A DNA stretch of 64,000 nucleotides, taken from positions 58,714,001 through 58,778,000 of the forward strand of contig JBNRSN020000027.1 of the NCBI GenBank assembly GCA_051313645.2, read 5' to 3'. This stretch comes from Centroscyllium fabricii. Taxonomy: Eukaryota. The stretch's first letter is position 1. Every line of letters starts with the position of its first letter. The translations under genes were made by a program, and so were the position numbers. The notes beneath the pieces were generated by a model, which was not told where the DNA came from, searched no databases, and saw only the letters and a list, made by a program, of their open reading frames with translations. Below, one piece after another: positions 11,903-25,025 of the stretch.

Positions 11903-12774
11903 CCACCGAAAATCGCAAAAGCGGTGTCCGCGACCCGTCCCGCCCGCTTGTCAGTTTCACCCGGCGGGACCGACTGTCCCGCCTCAGTCCCGCCCGGCAT
12001 CGGCGGGGATGCTCGTTAAGCTCATTAGGGGCCCTTAATTGGCATCGGTAATGCCATTTTAAGGGCCCCTTGTCACCCTTTTCTCACCCAAAACCCGCCT
12101 GGTGGGAACACCGCTGTTGAAAGCTGGTGGGCACCCAATCGGCTGGGTGCCTGCCACCTTCAAGGCATGGGTACACCAGCCACACAGCAGCTTGCTAGCC
12201 TCCATCATGCTGGAGGTGCCGCTGGCACCCAAGGGTGCCAAACTTCAGTGCCCAAATAACTTAAAATCACTTACCTGCAGATGCGTCCCAGTCATTCACA
12301 GACATCGCGCTGCGAGCTGTGTCTGTGAAGCAAGCTGTCAATCACTCGGGATCAGTTTCTGTTTACATTCCAATGAAACCACAAACAAACAGCCAGCCTA
12401 CTTGAAGCCGTCACTCTTAGATTTGTGGTTTCATCGGTTTACCTAGCATTATGACATCATAATACTGGGAAAACAGAGGAGGAAAACAACCACTTCACAA
12501 CTGTCAATCAGGCTTTGTGGTTTCTGAGCTATTGACACTGCATTATGAATCACAGCATAGAAACTCTTCAGGCCTGTCAATCAAAAGCCTGCCGGTGGTT
12601 CACTAACTGGAAGCACGCCCCACACTTCATGACTAAACGGCTCGGACAGGCGGGGATTTAATTGGCCACTTGAGGCAAAATTGCGTCGGTCTCCCAGGCC
12701 CTTGAGTGGGCGGGTCAGAAACCTGACCCGCCCAAAACCCGGCAAGTTCCCGCACCTTGAGGAAAATTCTGCCC
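11903..12774. mobile_element. PIF/Harbinger-like element, left end lost; related to 38879, 53047 and 56025 copies
   Basis: Shares gggcccttaattggcat...aatgccattttaagggccc and the terminus ggaaaattctgccc. Confidence 0.65.
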
Positions 12775-13800
12775 ATAGCCAAGGTGGCAAAATTGGCCGC
12801 AGTAACTGAAAACTTGGTCATGATGTTGAGTCTCAAGAAGATTGTTTTAATGGTGAAGAAGTGGGGAGGGGAAGCGAGTTCCAGACAGTTAGACAAAAGT
12901 GACTGAAGCCTCTACCACCAATGGTGGTGCAATGGGTAGGCTGAATAATGAAAAAGCTAGAGTGAGGATTGAAGGATGCAGGAGTGGATATAAGGCTGGA
13001 GGTGGTTGCAGAGATAGGGTGCGCCGAGGCCAGAGGCCAAGGAGCAATTTGAAGATGACAATAAAAACTTTAAATTCAATGCGTTGAGAGCCAACATAGG
13101 TGGGCGTGGCTGGGGTGATAATTAGCTGGACTTTGTGTGAGATATGATATGAATGACTGAGTTTTAGACAAGTTAGAATTTATGAAGGTTGGGAGGCCAA
13201 CAAGGAGGACATGGAGAAATCAAATCAGGGTAACAAAAGAATTGGTATGGGTTTAGTGGCAATGGGTCTGGGATGGGGTAATGTCGTTGAGGTGGAAGTA
13301 AGCAGTCTTGATGGTGGATGGGACATGAAGTTTTAATTTTACTGCAAGTGAAAGAGACGGCCATGGTTTTGCATGGTCTGGGTCAGCCTAAATGAGTAGC
13401 TGTGGAGGGGAATGGGGTCAGTGTCAAGAGGAGTTCATGGTGTGGGCCCAAACGTAACGGCTCTGATCTTTCCAATATTCAGTTGAAAATTTTAACTCAT
13501 CCATGACTTGATGTCAAACAGGCAGACTAACAGCAGAGTTGATTGTGGGGTGATGGGAAGTGGTGGAGGGGTAGAGCAGGGTATCATTAGCTTACATATG
13601 GAAGCTGATGCCACACTTGCTGAAAGGTCATCAAGGGGCAACATATAAATGAGGATGAGGAGGTGAGCTGGATTGATTCTTGGGGACTCCAGAAACGGCT
13701 ACATGGCAATAGAAAGAGAAGCCACTGCTGGATATATGCTGGCAGTGTTTGGACTAGTAGGACTTGATCTATACGAGTGCTGGGCAAAATAAGATAGGTC
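12775..13800 (-). mobile_element. Highly decayed L2-like LINE
   Basis: Antisense similarity to the L2 3' region at 895-1336 and 36040-36675; degenerate RT core near 13580-13700. Confidence 0.55.
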
Positions 13801-13897
13801 ATAGAGTCAGAACAACACAGGAGGCGGCCATTCGGCCCATTGAGTCCGTGCCAGCTCTCAGTAGAGCAATCCAGTCAGTCCCATTCCCCTGCATGGT

Positions 13898-14312
13898 GGG
13901 CGGCACGGTGGCATAGTGGTTAGCACTGTTGCCTTACAGCACTAGGGGCCCGGGTTCAAATCCAGCCTCGGGCACTATCTGTGTGGAGTTTGCACATTCT
14001 CCCCGTGTCTGCGTGGGTTTCCTCCGGGTGCTCCGGTTTCCTCCCACAGTCCAAAGATGTGCGGGTTAGGTTGATTGGCCAGGATAAATTGACCCTTAGT
14101 GTTAGGGGGATTAAATATGTGGGGTTACGGGGATAGGGTGGGATATGTGATAGTTCTTAGAATTGGGGGGTGTCGGGGGCTATAAGAAGAGGGTAGGAGG
14201 GGGGTGCTGGGTTTGGATGATCAGCCATGATCTCATTGAATGGCGGAGCAGGCTCGAAGGGCCGAATGGCCTACTCCAGCTGCTATCTTCTGTGTTTCTG
14301 TGTGTTTCTGTG
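13898..14312 (+). mobile_element. HE1-like V-SINE inserted in a CR1
   Basis: Head, V-domain and tail; flanked by minus-strand CR1 pieces 13800-13893 and 14313-14660. Confidence 0.9.
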
Positions 14313-14662
14313 CTCTATCCCCATAGACCTGCAAATGTATTTCCCTCAAGTGCCTATCCAATCTCCCCTTGAAAACATTGAGCGTCTCCACTTCCATCGG
14401 CAGCGAATTCCAGATCCTCACCACTCGCTGCGTAAAAGGGTTTTTCCTCACATCCCCCGGAATCTCTTGCCCAAAACCTTAAATCTGTGTCCCTTAGTCC
14501 TTGTACCATCAACTAGTGGGAACAGCCTTTCCCCGCCTCGCCTATCCAAACCCGTCATAATCTTGTACACCTCTATCAAATCACCCCTCAACCTCCTTTG
14601 CTCTAATGAAAACAAATCCAGCTTCTCCAACCTGCCCTTGTAGCTAAGATCCCCCATCCCCG
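14313..14662 (-). mobile_element. CR1 LINE 3' fragment
   Basis: LFSLEQRRLRGDLIEVYKIM, MRKNPFTQRVVRIWNSLP. Confidence 0.9.
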
Positions 14663-16987
14663 ATGGGTCAACCATTGTGACGTGGACGAAGAGGGATAAT
14701 GCACCACGGTCACAGGGAAAGTCATTTGTGCATTTGGCTAGGGTAATGTTAGTGCTGTGAGCAGGCAAGTTAAACCCGAGGGATTTAAATGGTTTGTTCT
14801 TCAGATTATAGGCACGGAGCTTAGTGGCATGGCATGTTCCAGAACTTTAGAAAGAAAACAGAGGTGAGGGATGGAGTGGGTAGCTGGAGAGAATAGATGG
14901 ATCATGGGTGGGTTTTTTGAGGAAACATAGAAGATAGGAGCAGGAGTAGGCCATTCGGCCCTTCGAGCCTGCTCTGCCATTCAATGAGATCATGGCTGAT
15001 CATCCAAACTCAGTACCCTGTGCCTGCCCTGTCCCCATATCCCTCGATTCCTATCGAGCCTGCACCGACACATATCCCACCCTATCCCCGTGATGGTGAT
15101 GACAGTGATAAAAAGGAGAAGGATCGCGCCCAAGCTAATACCATTAACAATATCAGTTAGCATGGGGTCAGGAGACGCGCTCTGTCAGAACTGATATCTG
15201 ATGACGGACATCGATCCAAAATATTAATGGCTTCTCTCTCCAGATGTTAAGTATTTCTAGCATTTTCAGATTTTTAAGATTTTACAGCTTTCTCTTTTCT
15301 TAAAAGCAACAATAGCGTCAGTTAAAAACAACTGTGGATACCAAACATTGTTTACCCAATTTGCCTATTGGCCACTTTGTGTAAATTAGTTAAAAAGCAA
15401 GGTTGACACTGCAATCCACATTAGCAAAATAAGCATGATAGTGTCATTACTGAATTCAACATCTACTGAGTTGTGGGTCTATTTGGATCACCGATCTTAC
15501 AACATTTGGGTCAAGACTTACACCACTGCTTTCGTCCAAGTTAAAACTGGATCAATTTTCACAATAATACTAATGACTGTAAAACAAACTGTTTCTACTT
15601 GCCCGATAAAATTCATAGTTTTGCATACATGAATTTTAACACGAGCATTCTAACAATCCATATATTGATTTGACATGTCGCTAAAATAAAATTTGTTCGA
15701 GGTGCTTCAATGGGGACAGGGATGAGTAAAACAGCCAGAGATTCTGCTCCTGGTCACTATCTGGTAATTCAGGCAGGAAGTGAAAGAGCGGGGGGAGCGG
15801 GACTAATTGGAGAGCTCTTTCAAAGAGCCGGCACAGGCACGACGGGCCGAATGGCCTCCTTCTGTGCTGTATGATTCTAGAAGTCTCTGCGTGCACCCAT
15901 CCCCAAAAGAACAGTCAGAGAATCAATGCTTCTCATCTAAGCCCATGAATGATGGGCACTTGATCAAAGTATCAGAGAAGTGCCAGAACTCTCTGTACCA
16001 TACTCTTGCAGATGTCAAAAGCAAAATACTGCAGATGCTCATGAGTGGAAGGGCAAAGAGGCCAGGGGGAAAATTTGAGGGGATAAAACACTGTCCTCAA
16101 CAGACTTTGCTCAAACAGCATGAAAACACTGAAATAATCTTCAATAAATACCCAAGAATGATTACAAATCAATAATCTATTTGAGGGGGTAAAGATAGTT
16201 TACACACAGCATAAGGGAAAAAATCCAGAACGTGTGATCTAATGATTCAAACATCATAAACCACTTTGGTTTATCTAACTGTCATGTGACCGTCAAAATC
16301 ATTTAAGCATATTTTTTTTTAAAGTTAGGAAATTATTTTATTCAATTTTGAGCTGGTTTTTGTGTCAGTTCTGTCACTGATAGTCAGTCTCCTTCCTGTG
16401 GTTGATACGAGAAGATGTTTTATAATGAACGACTAACACTTACAATTCAATTAATTATTGCAAATTTCATGAGAATTAATTTGCAGCTGATTACCAGGAA
16501 ATTTTATGGCCGCCATACATTATAAAGCAAATCGGATTTATTTATCCCCTTCAACAAGCACCGTGACTGCTTTGGAGATTTACTGTATATAAACTATGTG
16601 CAGCACCACTTCCAGTTTTCATTCATAGTAACTCAACAAATCTAATGTGTCCTTATAGAATAACATATGCAGGATTTATTATATGCTGATTTGGCCACGC
16701 ATTGTATAAAGTTAAAGGAACTCAAAACAAAGATTAAGATGTCATTTTTTTCCTTTCTCTTATCCTAAAGGTCCTGACTCTTTGTTGGAGTATGGTTCCA
16801 GAGGCACAAGTTGCCCTTTTGAGATCTTACAAAAGTGGTTATTCTTCACGAGTAATCCTAGACAGTGAATGTTGGCAGGCTATTTGACTGCAGCAGGCAC
16901 CACAGTCAAGCCCAATCCTATTTCACCCAACTTCAGAAGAGTACGATATAATTTTCAAGGATTTCATTAATAAAGCTATTTTACAAT

Positions 16988-17663
16988 AACATAAGAACAT
17001 AAGAAATAGGAGCAGGAATAGGCCACTCGGCCCCTCGAGCCTGCTCCGCCATTCAATAAGATCATGGCTGATCTTGGGCTCAAAGCCCCTTCCCCGCCCG
17101 CTCCCCATAACCCTTCACTCCCTTATCTTGCAAAAATCTGTCTATCTCCACCTTAAATGTATTTAATGACCCAGCTTCCACGGCTCTCTGGGGAAGAGAA
17201 TTCCACAGATTTATGACCCTCCGAGAGAAGAAATTTCTCCTCATCTCAGTTCTAAAGTGGCGACCCTTTATTCTGAGACTGTGCCCCCTCGTTCTAGATT
17301 CCCCCACGAGGGGAAACATCCTCTCTGCATCTACCTTGTCGAGCCCCCTCATTATCTTATATGTTTCAATAAGATCCCCTCTCATTCTTCTAAATTCCAA
17401 TGAGTATAGGCCCAGCCTGCCCAACCTTTCTTCATAAGTCAAACCCCTCATCTCTGGAATTAACCTGGTGAATCTGAACTGCCTCCAATGTAAGTATAAT
17501 CTTCTTTGAATAAGGAGGCCAAAACTGTACGCAGTACTCGAGGTGTGGTCTCGCCAATACCCTGTACAGTTGTAGCAGGACCTCCAGGCTTTTATACTCT
17601 AACCCTCTTGCAATAAAGGCATTTACCTTTTTGATTACTTGCTGTACCTGCATGCTAACCTTT
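16988..17663 (-). mobile_element. CR1 LINE 3' fragment
   Basis: ORFs 17080-17451 and 17432-17653 are the CR1 ORF2 C-terminus; tail present. Confidence 0.93.
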
Positions 17664-17665
17664 TA

Positions 17666-18017
17666 CAGGTACACAACCTTTTATCCGAAAACCTCGGGAC
17701 TGGGTGGGTCTCGGTTTTTGGATAAATACGGTTTTTAGAGTTGGCCCCAGTGGGCATGCGCAGGTCGCATGCGCATTGCCGTGTTTGCAGCCCAGTTCGC
17801 AGTCGGGGAACGGCATATCGGCCGTTTGGAGCGGGAGATCGGCAGTTTGGAGCAGGAGATCGGCCGTTTTTTTCCTCAGCCCGGCATCAACAGCACGAGA
17901 TCGGGGCAGGAGCGTGTTTTTTCTGCTGCAGCTTCAATTTATTTAAGAAAAAAATGATTATGTGGCGCAACCCTGGACTTCGGTTTTTGGAGTTGTGGAT
18001 AAGGGATTGTGTACTTG
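17666..18017. mobile_element. Tc1/mariner (Tigger/pogo-like) MITE, CAGGTACACAA family
   Basis: TA|caggtacacaaccttttatcc ... ggataagggattgtgtacttg|TA. Confidence 0.85.
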
Positions 18018-19803
18018 TATTAGTTTCTACAACTGCCATGGCCATGTATAGGAGGGAAAGGCAATCTTTAATCCCAAATGTCCCACTGTTGTCTCTCGGT
18101 TAATTTATTATATTAGTACCAAAACATTAAGGGGAAAAAATACACTAAGCCAATATGCTTTAATCTGACAATATAATTTTTGTGTGGTATCCTTAATTCA
18201 TCATCTCAAATTGCTCCCATCACGACTACCATCACTGACAGACCTATAACTACTACTACTTCACCCGAGCTCAAAGTACTCTCTCTGGACATAATCCAAG
18301 TTTGGAAGGATAACATCTGTAATCTAACTGTATTATTGGCTGTTTTTCACAGTTCAAATGGGCATTGTACAAAATGTTTTCATGCCCATTATTAGACTTC
18401 AGTGACTTTCTACCGACAACTATGTCAAAAAATGATTTGCAACACTTCACTGCTGCCTACTTACTTATAAGATAGGTATGAAGTTAAATATTTCTGAAAG
18501 ACCATCTGTACAGAGGAGCAACTGTCCACATAACTCAAATCAATTATTATTTTAAGATTTGGTTTGGACAGTACCAGACACCAAAAATTCTGATGAATGG
18601 ACAGATTTTGTGGCAATAGTCAGAATGTGACCACAAAAGATAACAGGAAAGGTACATTAAATTTATTTCACTGGAGCAAACTTTAGACCTTGATTGAATC
18701 ATAGAATGGTTACAGCACAGGAGGCCATTTGGCCCGTCGAGCCCATGCCAGCTCTCTGCAAAAGCACTTCAGCTAGTCCCACTCCTCCGCCCTTTCTCTG
18801 TAGTTTTGCAATTTTTTTTCCTTCAGGTACTTATCCAATTCCCTTTTGAACGCCATGATTGAGTCTGCCTCCACCACCCTCTCAGGCAGTGCATTCCAGA
18901 TCCTAACCACTCGCTGTATAAAAAGGTTTTTCCTCATGTCGCCTTTGGTTCTTCTGCTAGTCAACTTGAATCTGTGCCCTCTGGTTCTTGACACTTCTGC
19001 CAATGGGAACAATTTCTCTCTATCTACTCTGTCCAGACCCCTCATGATTTTGAACACCTCTATCAGATCTCCCCTCTATCAGATCTCCTCTCAACCTTCT
19101 CTGCTCTAAGAACAACCCCAGCTTCTCTAGTCTATCCACATGACTGAAGTTTCTCATCCCTGGAACCAATTCTTGTAAATCTCCTCTCCACCCTCTCTAA
19201 TGGCCGACACATCCTTTCTAAAGAGCGGTGCCCAGAATTGGACATAATACGTCAGTTGAGGCCGAACCAGTGTTTTATAAAGGTTCTTCATAACTTCCTT
19301 GCTTTTCAGTTCCATGCCTCTATTTATGAAGCCCAGGATCCCGTATGTTTTTTTTAACCGCTTTCTCAACCTGCCCTACCACCTTCAACAATTTGTGCCC
19401 ATATACCCCTCATGTGTCTGTTCATGCACCCCCTTTAGGATTGTACCCTTTATTTTATATTGCCTCTCCTCATTCTTCCGACCAAAATGTATCACTTTGT
19501 ACTTTTCTGTGTTAAATTTCATTTGCCATGTGCCTGCCCATTTCACCAGCCTGTCTGTGTCTTCTTGAAATCTATCACTATCCTCCTTGCTGTTCACTAT
19601 ACTTCCAAGTTTTGGGTCATCTGCAAATTTTGAAACTGTGCCCTGCACACCCAAATCCGAGTCATTAATATATATTTCAAGAAAAGCCGTGGTCCTAGTG
19701 CGGACCCCTGGGGAACACCACTCTATACCTTCCTCCAGTCAAAAAAAAACAACCGCTCACTACTACCCTCTGTTGCCTGTCACTTAGCCAATTTCGTAGC
19801 CAA

Positions 19804-20206
19804 GGGCGGCACGGTGGCACAGTCGTTAGCACTGTTGTCTCACATCACTGGAGACCTGGGTTCAAATCCAGCCTCGGGTACTATCTGTGTGGAGTTTGCA
19901 CATTCTCCCCGTGTCTGCGTGGGTTTCCTCCGGGTGCTCCGGTTTCCTCCCACAGTCCAAAGATGTGCGGGTTAGGTTGATTGGCCAGGATAAATTGACC
20001 CTTAGTGTTAGGGGGAATAAATATGTGGGGTTACGGGGATAGGGTGGGATATGTGTCGGTGTAGGCTCGATAGGGATCGAGGGATATAGGGAGAGGGCAG
20101 GGGTGGGGTGCTGGATTTGGATGATCAGCCATGATCTCATTGAATGGCGGAGCAGGCTCGAAGGGCCGAATGGCCTACTCCTGCTCCTAGTTTCTATGTT
20201 TCTATG
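19804..20206 (+). mobile_element. HE1-like V-SINE, full length
   Basis: Head, V-domain and CR1 tail. Confidence 0.93.
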
Positions 20207-20724
20207 TATCCATGCTGCCACTGTTCCTTTTATTCCACGGGCTTCAACTTTGCTGGCAAGCCTGTTATGTGGCACTTTATCAAACGCCTTTTGGAAATCC
20301 ACACACACCACGTCAACCGCATTGTCCTCATCAACCTTCTCTGTTACCTCATCAAAAAACTTGATCAAGTTAGTTAAACACGATTTGCCTTTAACAAATC
20401 CATGCTGGCTTTCCTTAATTAATCCACACTTGTCCAAGTGATTGTTAATTTCGTCCCTAATTATCATTTCTAAAAGCTTCCCCACTACCACGGTTAAACT
20501 GACTGGCCTGTAGTTGCTGCCAGGTTTATCCTTACATCCTTTTTTGAACAAGGGTGTAACATTTGCAATTCTCCGGTCCTGTAGCTAAGGAAGATTGGAA
20601 GATTATGGTCAGTACCTCCACGATTTCCACCTTAACTTCCCTCAACATCCTAGGATGCATCCCATCTGGTCCTGGTGACTTATCTACTTTACGTACAGCC
20701 AGATTTTCTAGCATCTCCTCTATC

Positions 20725-21320
20725 TAGCAAGACCTCTCCTGGTCACTAAACACCTCCTCTCTGGTTAAAAAGGCCCAACAGCGCCTGTACTTCCTAAGGA
20801 AGCTGAAAAAAGCCAGGCTGTCATCCGGCATCCTCTCCAACTTCTACCGCTGCACAATCGAAAGCATACTGACAAGCTGCATCACAGTCTGGTATGGAAA
20901 CTGCACCATCTCGGACCGGAAGGCCCTGCAGCGGGTAGTCAAAACTGCCCAACGAATCACCGGTACCCAGCTACCGTCAATTGAAAGCATCTACCTCAAA
21001 CGCTGCCTACGGAGGTCTCTGAACATTATTAAAGACCCCACACACCCCAGCCACAGTCTGTTTGCCCCCCTGCCCTCCGGGAGACGCTACAGATCAATTC
21101 GCACCCGCACGACTAGATTTAAGAACAGTTTCTTCCCCAGGGCTGTCAGCCTCCTGAACTCTCAAAAAAAACCTCCGGTACCTGCACACCTGAAAATGTA
21201 CTTTACTGTATGCAATTTGCATGTAATTTATTTGCACTACTCTCGGGAGCGGCGAGTCTTCGTCTCGTTGTATTGTACTAGTACTCTGCAATGACAATAA
21301 AACTTGAATTGAATTGAATC
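20725..21320 (+). mobile_element. Rex1/Babar LINE 3' fragment
   Basis: Open frame DLSWSLNTSSLVKKAQQRLYFLRKLKK...NFYRCTIESILTSCITVWYGNC...LPSGRRYRSIRTRTTRFKNSFFP; tail caatgacaataaaac(ttgaa)n. Confidence 0.92.
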
Positions 21321-22261
21321 AATGTTTATCCCATCCAGTATCTCCACTACTTCCTCTTTCACTATGACTTTGGCAGCATCTTCTTCTTTGGTGAAGACAG
21401 ATGCAAAGTACTCATTTAGTACTGCAGCCATGCTCTCTGCCTCCATGCGTAAGTTTCCTTTTTAGTCCCTACTCGGCCCCACCCCTCCTCTTACTACCCG
21501 TTTACTATTTCTATGCCTGAAGAAGACTTTTGAATTCTCTTTTATGTTAGCTGCCAGTCTATTCTCACACTCTCTCTTTGCCCCTCTTATTTTCTTTATC
21601 ACTTCCCCGCTGAACTTTCTATATTCAGCCTGATTCTCACTTGTATTCTCAACCTAACATCTGTCATGCATGCTCTTTTTCTGCTTCATCTTACTCTCTA
21701 TCTCTTTTGTCATTAGGCAAAAACGAACACCAAGCTGTATAGTTCTGAAGGTGGTGGGCAAAAGTAATCATTGTTTTAGCTCATGCCACAACAAATCACT
21801 TGCAACACTAGTGTACCTTTATTATTAATTACTGTCATTAGACAGCTTTGTTCTTTAAATGTAAGCAGTAATGACTAAACAATAAATGGACTTTAGATCT
21901 GTAAATGAGCATTAGCAGTACTGACTTCAGGCATAATTTTTTTTTAAATTTGAGGGAAAATTCCATTTATTTTGTCTTTATTCTCTAGGGCCTGAATGTA
22001 GCTGTGGCTGACTTGCTCTGCCAAATGCTCCATGCAGCAGGATGCCAGTTGTGCATAAGAATGGCACAGGAATAACTCTGCTGAACCCTCTTTTGGGGAA
22101 GCACCGAGTCTCCCCTAAAATATTAAGAAATCAATAGTATGGGGAGAACATAATCTGTGCCACACTACAATGTGTTAGTGACTCAACGTGCTGCATAAAC
22201 ACCGTCAGCTGCAGAAAGAAAATTTCCATCAAAGAACATGGGTGACAATTTTTGTTTACTT

Positions 22262-22512
22262 TTTTTTTTTTTTAATTCATTCTCGGGATGCGGGCGTTGT
22301 TGGCATTTATTGCCCATCCCTCGGTTCCCTGACAACTGAGCACCTTGCTAGGCCACGTCAGAGGACAGTCATGAGTCAACCACATTGGTGTGGGACTGGA
22401 GTCACATATAAGGCAGACTGGGTAGGGTGGCAGGTTTGCTTCTTGAAAGGACATTAGCGGACCAGTCGGGTTTGTAACGGCAATCCAACAGCTTCATGGT
22501 CACTTTTACTGG
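22262..22512 (-). mobile_element. MetaSINE-like SINE (family of 11481), interrupted by a MITE
   Basis: Antisense gagtcaaccacatt...tggagtcacat...aaggacattag. Confidence 0.7.
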
Positions 22513-22514
22513 TA

Positions 22515-22905
22515 CAGGTTGTGCACCGTTAATCCGGGACCCGATAGTCCGGCAGAAATCCGTCTGGCCAGCCCACGTGATCCCAGGGACGCTCGCGATG
22601 TGCGGGCCTCTCCCTGACTGGTCTGCGCATGCGTGGTGACCATTTTGAATGGTCCGCGCATGCGCGGCAGCCATCTTGAATGGTCTGAGCATGTACGGCG
22701 GCCATTTTGAATGGTCTGTGCATGTGCGGCGGCCATTTTGAATGGTCTGCGCGTGCGCAGCAGCCATTTTGAATGGTCGGCGCATGCGCGGTGGCCATTT
22801 TGAATGGTCTGCGCATGCGCTCCCCAAACCTCCAGTGGTTTCGATTTTTCAGTGGTCCGGCACCGGCCTGGTCCCGACGGTGCCGGATTAACGCTGCACA
22901 ACCTG
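22515..22905. mobile_element. Tigger-like MITE (CAGGTTG family) with six 31-bp internal repeats
   Basis: TA|caggttgtgcaccgttaatccgg ... ccggattaacgctgcacaacctg|TA. Confidence 0.9.
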
Positions 22906-24302
22906 TACCAGATTTTTGATTGGAAGTTAGGAGAGAGCAGCGACCCCAAAGTGCGGGGCACCACCAAAGGCGAAAAACAGTAAGGGAGAAGTTGAGATAA
23001 ATCAAGCTGTGATGACACAGAGCTTGAGTTTTAAAAGCCTACTAATTATAGGTGGGAGGGCAGACCAAGGAATTCCACATTTGCAAAGTCCTGGGAAAGA
23101 ATGAGTTCGGAGTAGGAGCTGGTGTAGTGAATCCGGATTTTGGAACAGTCGGAAGGCAGGGGGTATAGATGAGGAGTTTTACAAAGCTATGGTAATTAAT
23201 CACAACACTGATATGAATATATGTATAATGTCACATGAACTGAAATCATGTGATGATCTGAACATTGAATGGTGAACAGAAACAGTCCAATAGAACATTT
23301 GCCCGGTTTGGTTTTCCTAATTTGCAGCTTATTTAGTGGCTACCTTCGGTTGCCAAAATGCTGAAAACCTTAAAGAGTTGATATTGCTTTCCTTTTTCTT
23401 CTCCCATACCAATAATTTCGGAACATAAAGCCAACTTCAACACAACAATGCACTGAGGAAAACTTATCTTCAAAAGCTTTTATTACCCTTGCAAAAAATA
23501 ATTGCCGCTGTCTGTTACTCAAACGGTCAAGACAAGTAGGTTTTAATGGTAACAATTTTATAGATCGACCTTTTAGAGCAGTAATAAATGTTAACAAGTA
23601 GTCTCGAAAAACAGTTCAAAATAAAGTCTTGCCGAAATACAATGACATTTCTAAACGTAGTAATTTCCACAGAAAATATGACGCCACTGGCTATTTGGAG
23701 CTTTGTTCGTGTATTTTTAATAGGAAATTTGCCAGTTATTGATCCGCAGCTTGTACTGTCTGCCTAAGGCAGCTATTCTAGTTGCAAGCAACTTTCCAAT
23801 CAGTAGCTGTCAAAAATCACAAGATTTACAGGCATGTTCCCCCCCTCTTTATTTGCTTAACGTCACCAAAGAACATTTATGCAAGTCACTAAACAGGAGG
23901 GGCACCATTTAACTCTCTAACCCACTCAATTGGCATTGACCATCTTGTCTACATTTACAGTGAAGGACCTGTGGTTGTTTTATCACAGCTGGCATGCAAA
24001 CACTTCCTCAGAGTCAGCATACTGGTCACTGTGATTTGAGCATTTTAAATAAACAACAGAAATGTTGGTGCTCCCTCAGTTGGTATACTGAACTTTGTGG
24101 GGTTCAGCCACTCACGCCAAAAAGTCCCCAGTTTCATTTCCAGTTTGTGCCAAGTTCACTGATCAAAAGGAGGACAGTAATTGGAGCATTGCACTTGGTC
24201 TCAATGACCGAAGGGATTGGGTAAAGAAAACAAAAAGTAGGCAGATCCTGATCACTGTCTGGTGACCCCTACATATGGGTGCTGCCAAATATTAAATACA
24301 CA

Positions 24303-25025
24303 GGGGGGAAGAATTGGGTTGCTTGCGCCAGCTGTTAGCGCCCCGAGAGGGCTGCTAATGGGGCGCAAGGCACCTAGCGCCTGGGCTGGCGCCTCCCGCG
24401 ATATTCAGCGGGGCATTGGCGGCGGCTACAGCGCCCTGTGGCACTGCGCCACCGCCAATGAAGTCATCGCCGTGCGCAGCGCCCTGGCCTTGAACTTCAG
24501 TCGCGCCCCCTGACTTAGCGCCAGGCGCTGTCACCGACAGGGTCAGGGGGCCGCAGTTGCAGCCGGGCCAGCACTATTTAAAGGGGGGGGGGGGGTGCCG
24601 GGCAGCCATTTTTCTTGCTGGCCACCTGCCAGCACCTGCCCCCGATGCCGCCCCCGGCCTTCCCCGATGCCCCCCCGCGGAGTGCTGGCTGTGCTCCGTG
24701 AGCCCGGCACTTCCCTCGAGTGCCGGGTTCCTTTGCCGGCACTCCAATCCCCGGCGGTCCAGCGGGTCTCCGGGCTGCGCCGCGCTAGGCCACTCACCTT
24801 TAACAAGGGGAGGGAGGCCTGCAGTACCGCCGCGCGGCATGCTGCAGAGCGTGGCGCAGCGGCCCACAGTGGTCCGAACTTCAGTTGTTGCGCCCAAGGC
24901 ACGAGGTGGGGCGCCTGCAGTAGCGTCCCACCTCCTACTTGGGGCGCTAAAACCCAATTTAAGGCGCAACGGCGCTAACTCCGAGGTTAGCGCCCCAAAT
25001 AGGGCGCAACCCAATTTTTCCCCCC
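24303..25025. mobile_element. PIF/Harbinger-like non-autonomous element
   Basis: TIR ggggggaagaattgggttgc / gcaacccaatttttcccccc; TAGCGCC motifs as in 1337-2110. Confidence 0.75.

Larger units (their letters stand above)
18699..21715 (-). mobile_element. Long decayed CR1 LINE carrying nested HE1 SINE and Rex1
   Basis: RT motifs KSPGPDGMHPR, NYRPVSLT, SQHGFVKGKSCLTNL, DFQKAFDKV, SKFADD and C-terminus, collinear on the minus strand. Confidence 0.93.

Noticed and set aside
13898-13975. tRNA-like sequence, also at the head of each HE1-like copy
   Set aside because: These are SINE heads continuous with V-domain and CR1 tails, not tRNA genes.
18455-18500. Minus-strand CTATCTTATAA|gtaagt resembling the end of the upstream MAP2K5 exon (..LSY)
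   Set aside because: Upstream sequence does not encode EDEDGDRITVRSDEEMKAM and the phase is wrong.
22622-22821. CRISPR-like regular repeats, also 8703-8830
   Set aside because: Head-to-tail units with no unique spacers, in a eukaryotic TE context with no cas genes.
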